From: Guillardia theta CCMP2712 | Lineage: Eukaryota; Protista; Cryptophyta | Assembly: GCF_000315625.1 (NCBI RefSeq) | Contig: NW_005434590.1 | Coordinates: 108,311 to 172,310 of the forward strand | Direction: 5' to 3' | Length of the DNA: 64,000 nt | Part shown: piece after piece, positions 32,601 through 44,600 of the stretch | Numbering within the stretch: the stretch's first letter is position 1 | Layout: every line of letters begins with the position of its first letter | Translations under genes and position numbers: made by a program | Notes under the pieces: model-generated | Databases searched by the model: none | What the model was told of the DNA's origin: nothing | The model's input: only the letters and a program-made list of their open reading frames with translations

Positions 32601-35600
32601 TGAACGACCAGCTTCTGCCCTTCCACGTAGAACCCCAACCCTCCATCAAGGGCAGTCTGGATGCCAGATTTTGACAAGGGCCGGTCAAAGACGGAGCTCG
32701 GGAGTACGGAGGACACGCCGTCGATTCTGAACTGATCGTACACGTACAAGATTACCTTGCCGTCACTCGGAAGGTCGTTGGATGCCATGAACTGAACTGA
32801 CAGGTTCCCAAGGTACCCAGCAGCAAGCATGTCAGGGGCGAACTTGGGGGGGATGGAAGGCAGGAAGGATCCTGGAGCGATCGCGATCCCTCCCACTTGC
32901 AGTTCCTCGTCGATCACCTGACCTCCTTCCAGGATCGTCCTGAGCTGAAACGTGTTGGTCACTCGCGACCTCGTCGGCAACTTGAGCTCGTGCAGCATGA
33001 CACTGACGACGCTTCCCTGCCGCACGTAGTCCTCCTCCACCATCATGCGGACCAGGCCCTCCGAGGGAAGGTCCAGCTGCAGCTTTCTAGAGATCTCTGT
33101 CCCGTTCTTCACCGTCAGGTACGCCGTGGGCAGCGTCGACGCGTACTTGAAGCCGGCGGGAAGGGCAAGGAGGAAGGAGGAGCGGGGAGGGACCGGATTC
33201 CTAGGAGTGAAGGTCAAGTTCAGGTACGTCAAGATCCCAGCCTTGTCGTTGAGGACGTTGACCCTCGGGTCCAGTATGACTCCAGCTGCGATGGGCGAGC
33301 CCGCGAAGTTGGAGCTGGAGTCGACAAGGGTCCACGTATCGCTGCCATTGCGCTGGCAGGGCGCAAGCACTTCGACCCTGAAGGTGGAGGGGGTGCTGGA
33401 GAATGGCTGGACCCGCACGTAGGAGAATTTCATCCTGAGGGCCCCGGAGGTAAGAGAGTTGAGGGAGAAGTTGAAGGAAGTAGAGTTGATGCAGCCGCCA
33501 CTGAGCCGCTCGGTGAAGCTTGTGGAGGTGATGTTGGGGCTGCTGCCGTCTCCGATGAACACCTCGCTCCTGTCGTCGCACACGAAGTCGTCTGCTAGGA
33601 TCAACGAGATCATGTTCTCTGGGGTGTAGAAGTTTCTCATAGTCTCCCACTCGATAAAAAGATCCACTGTGTCCCCTGCTCGCACCGCATGGCTTCCAGC
33701 CTCGTTCACGTAGGAGGCGAACAAGTTCTTCAGCCTTCCCCCGACGACGTCGCCAGCGCCCAGCGGCAGCGAGTCAAACTGAACCAACGAACCCAGCGGC
33801 TCTCTGATCTTAATGCTGAACTCTCCCTCCAGGCAGCCTGACGGCTTGACGGGATTCCGGACGTTGCGCAGTCGCACGAGGAAGTTGCAACTTGCAGGGA
33901 CCCTTGGCAGGGAGGCTATGGTGATGACTTGACAGCCAGTGCAGTTCTCAGCTGGGCTAGAGCTGATGACAAGCCATGTCAAGTTTGCCTTCAGGGCCTG
34001 ACACCCCTCATGCTCACACCGGATGTCAAACCGATCGATGTAAACTTCTCCCACCCTGAAGCTCGACGGTACGGTCACTTCCATCGACGACCTCTGCTCT
34101 ACCTCGATCGCGGGAACAAAACTGACTTCCAACCCGTTCGCTCCTGTCTCGCTGCCGCTCTCCGTTACAGCCGTCTGCTGCAGGCGGGAAGGAAGGAGCG
34201 TCGGAGGTTGGATGTACCTGACAGTTCCTCCGCATCCCTCGCACTGGGGAGGAGCACAGTTGCTTGCCCCTGCCGTCGGGGAGGGGAAGGCGCAGAGGCC
34301 GAACGAGCCTGTTGGCCCAGATTGACGAGCGTTGATGATGCTCGAGATTTGAATCTTGACTGTCTCTCCCTCCCTGACCTCTCCTCCTCCGTATCGACTC
34401 ATTCGAAACTCTCCCGATGTCTCGTTGTATGTAGTCACCAGCAGCCCCAGGTCTGCTCGGTCAAGCCAGCGGGCGTGCACGGGCTGCAGAACTTGGTACT
34501 TTGTGGGGATCGATAACAGGAGGAGGCCGGTGGCAGGGATCGGATTCGAAGGGGTGACTATGAGCTCGATGCAGCTGGGGTAGGCGACCATGTCAGAGCT
34601 GAGAACGAGTTCTGCTAGCTGGAAATCAGGGACTGTGAAGGCGTCGGAGGTGACTGAGAGGTCTTGATCAAGGATATCTTGTCCTAGGAAAGTCCTGATC
34701 TGGTAAGTTCCGGAGGGCCCGGACTGAGGGGGAAGGTGAACGTCGGCAAGGGAGACTTTCACTTGCTCCCCCGGCCCCATCACGGCGGACAGGAGGGAGA
34801 GCTCGACGCAGGGCGCCCGGTCGCTGCCGTCGTCAACCTTGGTCAAGCTCAGGACGTCAGAGGCTACGTGGGAGGAGGACAGGTTGAAGCCGGTGGGGAA
34901 GCAGATTTGGATGTGACCTTGCTGTGGGATGCCGTTATGAAGGATGAAGGAGACGTTGACTGTCGATAAAGCTCCAGCCAGAAGGGAGGAGAGGCTGATC
35001 TGAGATCCCAGCAGGCTGTTGGGAGCGATGACCGGTCCTCTGACGCTCGTGCTCCGGTCGATGACTACCCCGTCATCTCTCGAGAGTTCAACCGTGAAGT
35101 CGCTAGTCAAACCCGACGAGTTTCGATTCTTCACGACTCCCGGCAGCTCAACCAGCAGGCTGCAAGGGGAGGTGACGAGAGTTGGCTGGTTCTGGCAACC
35201 GAGCATGCGCCAGTCTTGCACCAAAGTCTGCTTGCTGTGGGAGAAGTCGCCGAAGATCGAAGTTATGACGATCCTGAAATGACGGTAGAACGCCGGGGTA
35301 GAGAAGAAGTTTGAGAAGACTGGAGGCCGGGAGGACAAGGAAGTAGTGTTGACAACTCTGTCGATGACGTCGAAGTGAATACCATCGTTGGATCCCTCCA
35401 AGAAAAATCCCGTTGGTTCACCGAACGAATCGTTGAGCAGCCTGTGAACAATCCTAGACTCGAAGGAGTAGCCGCAAGCGAGAAATCTGTGCAAGGAGTT
35501 CTGTTGGATATAGTGATCTGGACTTTGATCCATCGTATTGCGCTGAGCCCTCAGAACAGGAGAGCCAGTATAGGACAACAGGCTGTCTTGCAGGCTGGTT

Positions 35601-38600
35601 GCACTGAACGTACAAGAGCTTGCAAGGCAAGGAACGATGGCGTCTCGACGATCGAAACGGATCAAGATCTCGTTTGTACTCACCATGTACGTGAAATTGT
35701 TCTGCTCGTTGCTGACAAAGTCAGTTAAGACTCCTTCGAAGTCCCCTTCACTGAACGCGAGCCTCATGGAGAAGTTGCTAGGGATCACGTTGGCAGGGAA
35801 CACGGAGACTCGCAAGCCTGACAGCTCCCCGGCCCTAGCGTCTGTCAAAGAGATCTTTGCCGATCTGATCACCCCAGGAAGAATCTCAACGCCGCTGACC
35901 TGGGCAGAGTCGATGACGTCACCAGCCCCGTTCCTCGTCCTCAAAGTGAATGTTTGAGTAGTTCCTGACTCCCTCGGGTTCTGAAGGCCGAGCCTATAAG
36001 GGTAGACATCCCTCTGTGGAGACACGACAAAGACGCGTAGTCTCAGCACAACCCCAGGAGGGACTTCCTGGCTGCCGTCCAGCCAGATGACAAGGGAAGG
36101 GCTGCCAGCTGGGGAGATCGAGATGTTGTGGAGCAGTCTAGAGTCAAGGTCCTCGCACCTGAAGCCGAACTTTGACGCCTCGACGGTTGACAGCGAGTTG
36201 AACATCCGGTAGCCGGGGGGGAACTCCAGGTCGATGCGCGAGGACGGCGGCAGAGGGTTGGAAGTGACGAGGCTAATGGTGAAGCTGGGAAACTCTCCAG
36301 CGACGGTTGTGTCGAAGGAGATCGAGGCGGAGCGGAGCTCGCCGGGACCAAAGTCGAAGTCGCCGAAGACGGCCAAGTCCTGATCGATGAGCTGCTGCTG
36401 CTCCGTCAGCGTCCTGACCTGGAACATCTTGCCCTTGTCGGACAGAAACGAAGGGAACCGGAGGCCCTTGAGTAGCAGGAAGACTTTTTCTCTCTGCTGG
36501 ATCGGTTGCCCTTTGTTGGTGAGGAGGACGCGGAGGGGCGAGTCAACGCTGGACCCGAAGGATGCTTCAGTGAACTGATCCGACTCAGTCCCGATGCTCA
36601 ACGTCAACGGCCTCGACGACGACACGACGCGGAGCCCAAAGCAGAGCGTGCGGTTGCCCTCGTCGGCCGGCAGCTGGCCCCCCAGCTGGCTGCACAGCTC
36701 GTACCCAGCTGGGAAGGAGATGAGAATGAGACCGTTCGTGGGAACCTCGTTCGACATCTCCAGCTCGATCTTCATCTCCCCGTAAGCTCCAGCTCGGAGG
36801 GGCGACGGTGTCAAACGGGCTGTGAGGGAGGAGGGCTGGACCGCAAATCCCCTCACCTTGTTGTCGTAGCTCAGCTGCACTCCACTTCTAGTCTGCGTCT
36901 CGATGGAGAAGTCTCCAGAGTACCCAGCCCTGCTGGGGAGGCGCACGCTGGAAAGAGTCAGGCTGACCGTCTCCCCATGCAGGTAGTCCTCTCCGTCTCC
37001 TATCCTCCTCAGGAGCAGTCGGCTGCTATCGTGAAGAGCTTCAAAGGTTCCAAGTCGAGTCTTGACCTTGCCTGAGAACAGCAGCAAAACCCCCTGATAC
37101 TGCGATGGCTGGCAGGAGCTCTTGAGGTAGAACATGATCTCGACGACATGCCCTGACGGGATTCCGAAGTTCTTGTTTGACATCACCAGCGTCCCCTTGG
37201 TGCGATCCCACCTGGCGGATCTGTCAAACAGGCTGGCGGATATTCCTCGGAGCTCGAAGAAGTCGGAGCTCGGGTTCTCCGAGTTGTAGCACTCGGGGAG
37301 GAAAAAAGTCCGTGCCTGGCAGGCGTCCACGAAGCCGCTGAGGGTGAAGTTTGACCCCTGCTCGACGTAGAAGTTGGGAGAGAAGGCGATCGATACCTGG
37401 TTCATCGAGCCGAGCACAGTGGAGGAGGAGGAGATGCCTGCGGCGGCAAAGGACTGCGGGTAGTTTGCGCGGAGGACGGGACCGCCTACAAGCTCCTGTT
37501 GGCCGATGGAGTAGTCCTCATCGTCGGAGTTCCTTGCTGATAGAGAGACAGTAGGAAAGCCGCCTGGAGAGAAATACCCGCGATTGCGCAGGTAGAAGGA
37601 GATTGAGATGACGTGATGGGGGTCAAGGCAGAGTCCAGGGTGGTCAAGCGACAACAGCAGGGTTGCAGAGCTGTCCTTGCAGTCAAGATTGCTGAGCGAT
37701 GCGCACTGGTTGAACACGTTGGTGAAAGTTCCTTGGAAGTACCTTGCATGCTGGCCATACAGCCTGTAAGGGTGGTCGCTGTTCCAGCGGAAGGAAGTGG
37801 AAGAAGTAGAGGAGGAAGAGAGCTGGGAGATTGTGATGACAGCTGGAGAGCAAATCTCAACATTCGTCTGAACCTCTAGAGTGATGAGATTCAGCGAGTC
37901 AAAGGTGTCGGTGGTGTCCCGGATATTGCTCACCAGGAAGGAGGGAGCCGTTGAACTGTTTGCTGGGAGGATCGAGGCCTTGTAGAACATGTTGGAGTTG
38001 CGAACTGTAAAGATCCTCTGTCGCAAGTTTCTCACTCGCTCACTGTCTGCCCACAATGACACCTTCACATCTTCATCACAACTGATGGCCTGACCAGCTC
38101 TCACCGTCATTTGCAGTGTCCCAGCCTCCCCGTCCAGCACCGCTTCAGGTTCAAACCGCTCCGCGTCCTTGCCCACCAGGGTGGCGAGCAGAGACGTCGG
38201 AGAGGGGTCGCTGAAAGCGAAGCAGCACAGCTGCACAACACTGCCGGCGGTTAGCTGGACATTGCTGCGGACGGACATCTCGATCTTGGTCAGCGCTGCC
38301 TCGGGGTTGGGGTAGTCATGGTAGACAAGCTGCATGTGGACTTGAAGTGTATCAAGGAAGTCAAAGTCCATCCGGTCTGGGGGGAGGCTGCCGTTAACGT
38401 ATCCGACCTGATCTTGGAGCAGCACCGTGTACCATGTGGACGCGTTCTTGGCGCTCAAGCTCTGCTCCACACTCTTGCAGCCTGTATCGTCGTAACTGAC
38501 AGCTAGCCTCCCGTCGACTGGTCGGACGTCCTTGACGTGCGCTTCCAACCATGGCGCGAAGCCGTAGGAGTTGTCTGTCAGGGTCGAACCATACGTACAA

Positions 38601-41600
38601 AAGCTCACGTTATACTGCGTTTCCCCCTGCTGGTCAGCAGCTGGGAGTGAGGAGACGTTTCTGATGAGGACAGAGGTCTCCGGTACGAGGATCACTTGAG
38701 ATACCTCCAGTGCCACGTCATCACCCTGCTTGAGGGGCAACACAATGGTCCTGCAGTCCTGCTCCACGAAGGGCCGCAGGTTCAAGATCGAGTTCTCCAA
38801 GGTCAGAGGGCCGTTGCGGGCAAAGAGAGAGAGTGAAAGCTCCTGCCCGGGAACCACAAGCTCTCCCTCCTCCAGCCACATCGAGATAGAGCCGCTCGCC
38901 GCGTTCCAGCTCGCAGCCTCCCCGAACAAGCTTGCGCTGCTTCCATGCAGCTGCGTCAGGTTGTGGTCGCAGCGGCAGTATCCCCAAGTCACCTCCTCCT
39001 CCTGGAGCAGGTCATGTAGACTCCAAGAGTCCATCGCCTCCATGCGTCTCCCGAGGTCTGGCTGAATCGCACACCATGGGGGAGAGGGAGCAGGGAGATG
39101 AGAAGTTATCGGGAAGGAGTCGACGCAGCCGTACCATCTTCTTCCCAGGTAGTCGAAGGGGAAGGAGCAGGACGACCCTCCGATCGTTCGTGACCTGCAC
39201 GAGCTGCTGACGAGGCTGTCGAAGGGAGGAAGCTTGGAAATGCGCAGCTGGGCTCGAGGAGGAAGGTTGAAGTTCGTAGAGATCCGGAGACTAATCATGT
39301 TGACCTCAAGGGGAGCCGGGTTGGAGTAGGAAGCATTGAGGAGGAGGAAGGAGGGAGATTCCGAAGTTGATAGAACAAGCCCGTCCATCACCACAGGGGA
39401 CAGGAGGGCAGAAAGAGAGCTGGCGCTTATGTTCAACTGTCGACCTTGGCTGTGGTAGGATGGGTTGAACACCAAGAAGGAGAGACTAGCGTCTCTAACA
39501 TCTGACATGTCTGTCATCAGAGCCAAGACCAAAGTTCCATCCTCGCCTTGCGAGACCGAAGCTGAGCTGACAAGGCTCCTTGAGTAGTCGTCAGAAGGAA
39601 AAATGATCAAGGGTTGGAAGATATCTGTTCTCCTCAGACCAGCGATGGTGATCTCCGAACCTGCAGGCAACACAACGTTGGGCCTGACAGTCAGGGTGAT
39701 CCTGTTGATCGCTCCGTACGCTCCTGAGTTCTGCTGACTTTGTTTCACCGCAAAAGTCGGGGAGTCCGAGGACGGCAGCACGAAGTCAATGGTTGAAGTT
39801 ACGTTGCCTTGCAAGTTCCCTCCCAGGAGCAGCATGATCGCTTCTTGTACCGCAGCATACGCCGAGTCTGAAGACTTGAGCACAAAAGAGAAAGAGATCC
39901 AGGTCCAGGCAGGGATCTGATCTGCGTCCACTACACACTCCACAGCTCTGTCTTGCATCCTCCAACGACAGCTCCTTGCTAGGAACAGCTCGGTCTGCAT
40001 GACCTCCAGGTGGTCGGTGGACGGAGTGGACGAGGCAGGGAGGTTGCGGATGAGGATTGTGGTGGAGTTGACAAGGGTGAAATTACACTGGAAGCTCACT
40101 GATATGGTGTTGAGTTGCCCTGTGACCCAATTGGCTACCTCGATCTTCGCATGCACGATCTCGGGAAGGTACTTGGACTGCAAGACAACAGTGGAGACGT
40201 TGCTTGAGATATTGGCCGCTGAACAAGGAGAGTCGGAGGTTGGCTGTTGGAAGACTACTACAGGACTTTCTCCTCCTCCCATTTCCGTTGGATTCTGCAG
40301 CCAGAAGCAAACCTGCACCTCCCTGCCAACTTCTACCCTGGATCGGAGGAGGAGGGAAACGCTGTTGGAGTCGACCATGGCGGAGGGCACGAAGAGGCTG
40401 GAGCCGGAACATCCCACAGTCAAGTCGCGGCGGAGCAAAGGCAGGACTCCAAGGTTGTTGACTAAGATCTTCGAGCCGGCCGGTGGCTCGAAGTTGAGCG
40501 AGAAGTTGATGGAGACGAGCGTGAGATCGCCGACTACAGCGGACGAGCTTGAGATGGAGAGCGTGTTGAAGGAAGGGACGTCCTGGATGCTAGCAAGGTA
40601 GCCCAGCTGCAGCTGAGGAGTCTCGGCCTGTCCGATGGACAGGTAGTCAAGGTTGAACCCTGGCGGGAATGTAACCTGAACCCTCCCATCTCGAGGGAGG
40701 GTAGTCGGGGCCATGAAGGAGACAAAGATGTTCGTCAGAGTTCCTGCTGCCGAGTTGGTGAAGTTTGACAAGGCCAGCCCTGATTTCTTGATCTCGATGC
40801 GACTTCCCAGCAGGCCGCTCGGCACAAGAGCTGCCGCCGTGTACGTTCCCTGGTCGATGACAGAGCCATCGGGCGTCAAAGTCCGCACAAGAAAGAGGTC
40901 GTTGATCCCTCCTGCCTGCCCGTTGTTGATGAAGTCTACAGTGAACTCGACCGAGCAGTTGCGGTAGACGTCACTGCTGACGTCACAACCCACAGCGATG
41001 TCCTCCCTCTCCTTCTGGACCTCTGGCCTTGATGAGGGACAGGGTAGCAGCGTCTGGTTGGTGTCATACCGATGGAAAACAGCGCTGCGTTCTCCCTCAA
41101 TCACCATCATCTGCAGCTTTCCCTCCAAGCTCCCTCCTCCCACCGTCGCCGCCCGCGGTGAGAGCTGGGCAGGAGGGAGACTGTCCTTGAACTCAGGCTG
41201 CGTGTCTCCGAGGAAGATGCGGTACGGGAAGGAAAAGCCTGAGGGGAGGACAAGCTCGATAGAGCCGTCGGGAGGGAGGGGGTTGGCGACGGCAAAACTC
41301 AGGTGCAGGCGGGTAGTCACTCCCGCCAAGTTGCTCTCAGTCAGGCACAAGACGTTCTGAAGGGGAGCAGGAGCAAGGGTCGACCCTGGTACAGCAAAAT
41401 GAGCATCAATTATCTCCCCCCCTGCCGTCAGCGTCCGAATCTGATATGTACCAGTGTCTCCTGCCCAGCGCCTGTTTCGTATGCCCGAGAAGTTGAAGTC
41501 CAGTTGGAAGCCCTTGTGCAGGTCGACTCCGTCAAGTCTCCGGAGAAGGAAGACGAGCGGAGCGGAGGAGGTGACCAGGAAGCGGCCGACAGTGGGGTCA

Positions 41601-44600
41601 GACGGCATGGCAGAGAGAGGAGGAGAGAGTTCGAACCCTACAGGAAGAGACAGGACAACGGACCCGTCCTTGGGAAGCCGATTGGCTAGTCGAACTTTGA
41701 CTCGAAGCGTCTGCTCAGAGCCAGCGAAGGGAGATGAGGGGAGGACCTGCACTCGTTCAAGGAGCGCAAACTTGACCGGATCGAGTTGGAGGACAGTTCG
41801 GTCGGAGGCGAACGAGTCGAAGGCGAGCACGGAGACGGTCGCCGAGCCCCCCGTCAGCTTGCAGACATCTACATTGTTCTCGAAGACACAGTCTGATTCC
41901 TCCTTCATCCTGATGCCTGTGAACTGAATGACGACTCGGGTCCCCACGTCGACCAGGGGGGTTCCAGCCTTGCGGTAGATGATAACGTCCTCCCCTTCCA
42001 CCCTGCAGAACACTTCCCCGTCGATTCCCGAGGTCAGGCCCGTCGGCAGCACGCGGTCGTCGATGGCGAAGCTTGGGGGGAAGGAGACGGAGATGGCAGA
42101 GTCGGCGTAGAGAATGTTCTGCGTCACAAACGACAGCGTCGCCGTGCCGATGGCCCCGGCAACCACGTCTTCCAGCACCAGCCCAGCTGTGGTGAGGTTG
42201 TTATACCTGAGCTGGGGCAGGGCAAAGAGGTCGTGAGCGACGAGCTTGCCAACGTTGGTGGTAACGCTAACAACAATCTCCCCAGCTGGACCCTCCCACC
42301 CTCTGTTCCTGACCATGAACCCGACGAAGACCCTGGTCCCCTTGTTCAGTTGGCGAGCAACTGAGCAGGAGACGAGGAAGGTCGAAACCCCGCGGGAGTC
42401 TGTGGAGACAATGGAGGAGGAGACGGTTGCGACGGGGCCCTGGAGTTGAAAAGTTGCGTCCTCCTCCCTTATCCTTGTCTCCCCGTCAAAAGGAACGAAT
42501 CCGTAGGGGAGGGTGAAGCTGATGTTGTCCCCAGCCACGAGGAAAGTCCCAAGGGTGAAGGATACGTTGATGGAGGAAGCTTGCCCAGCCGAAGTCTCCG
42601 ACATGGTGAGATTGTATGGACTCAACCGGCCATGGTCAACAATCACTGTCGCCGTGCCTTCATCGATGATGTCTCCGCCCTCCGTCCTTGTTGAGAGCAA
42701 CACCGTTGCGCTTCCGATCTCTCTTCTTACCCTGATGTTGTCGCACTGTACCGAGACCCTCCCGTTGTCGCTGACCCCTGACAGGAACAGGGTGAGGTTT
42801 CCAGGTGCTCCGACGCAGGAAGAGACGGTGTTGACGTTGGAGGAGCAGGAGCAGGAACCTTCGTCGTGGAATCCTTGAGGGAGGGCGATGATCAGGGCTC
42901 CTGACTCCGGGATCCGATTGGCGACGAAGAAGGAGAAGGAAAACGAAGTCAAAGACCCGGAGGTGACCGTGAGCGGGAGGAGGAGGAGGCTTCCAGGGCC
43001 TTTCGGGAGGGAGCTTCTTGAGGAGCCTGTGGAAATGGTTCCGATGGAACTCAGAGAAGCTGAGAAGATTTGTATGGGGCTGTAGCAGAGCACTTCGTTA
43101 AGCAAGACTTCTCCGAGGTGTAGTGAGTACACTCTGACGACGAAGCCGTTGGAGTGTTTGCAAGGGCCGCCCGTGAGGTCTGATGAGGAGACGGCAGGTA
43201 GAGGAGAGACCGCCTGTTGTGGCATCCGGACGTTGACGATGGTGATGTGAAACGTAGCAGACATGTCAGAGGGTTGAGCGGAAGCATGTTTGAAAGGGAT
43301 GGTGATGGTAGATTGGTTTCTGACCACCTCGCTAAGGCCTCCCGCTTGAATCTCTTGGAATCCACTGGTGATAGAAACTTTGGAGACGTCGTACTCCCCG
43401 GGGAAAGTAACGGTAAAGAATGAGACAGCAGTCAAGTTGCTGAAAAGTTTGATTTCGAATACCATTTCTCTCCATTCTCCGGCAACTGCCTCGACAGGGA
43501 GCAGGGTGTCGCTGTGACTCTCCAGCGGAAGGAGGGTGAAATCGAAGGCAAACTCATCCACGATTGGACACTCGGCAAGCGAGCAAGGGATACCATCGGC
43601 TCGCAGAGTCAGCCTAGTCCTGACGATACCAAAGTACCTCCCCGCTGTTCTGCAATGAGTGACGTTTGCAACCTTCACTGCTACCTGCCAGCCTCGCTCC
43701 AGTCTGCTCACTTCAAAGAAGGAGGTGTAGTGGTCGCTGGAGACATCATTGTAGCTGCTCGTGTATGTTGACACGTTGGTAGTGACTGCTTCTTCCCCTA
43801 CCATCACGACGAACTCCGAGCTGTCACTGAAGTAGAGGCACGAGGGGAGCTGCACTTCCAGGAGCCCTCCGTCCGGGAGCGAGTTGGCCGCTGCCATGGC
43901 CATCGCGATGTCTGAACGAGTGCCCATGATGCCTGATGACAGCTCCAGGGAGAAGTTGCTAAGAGTGTTGCTTGTCAGTTCTGAGACCAGCTCTTCCCTC
44001 TGCAGAAGGTTGCCGGACGAGTCGTACGACATCAGGTAAATAGGAGCTGGACCGCTCCAGGGCCTCGTTTGCACGCCAGCACAGGTCATAGTTAGCTCCT
44101 CTAGGCCGCTGTGAAGGTCTTGCAGGAATATCCTAAGAACGAGGCCGCTGAATCCGTTCTGCGAGGGTTGGGCCGTGTATGAGTTGTCAAGAGAGCAGCT
44201 AGGAGTAGAGCAGGAGCAAGAGGCGGTGGGAGTTGCTGAGAAACCTTCAGGAAGGTAGATGGCTAGGAAGAAGATCGGAGTGATGCGGGAGTTGAAGGAG
44301 AAGCTCAAGACAAGGTCAGTTGTGCTTCCTGCTGACGGTGAGGAGAAGGAAACTGAAGGGTCGGCAAACTTGTTGGGGACTTGGACGGTGTAAGGCACGA
44401 CCTGCTCCATGTAGAGGAGCGTTCCGCTCGCTATGGTAAGATGGAAGAAATCGGAAGCTCCAGCATATCCAGAGAGCTCGATGGTGAAGATGGTGAATGA
44501 CAGCAAGATGTTGGCGTCTACAGGCTGTTCCAGCTCGACTTGGATGCTGACCACGTTGCCGTCTGTTGAGAAACACACCTTCTCCTCCGGCCAGTATCTC

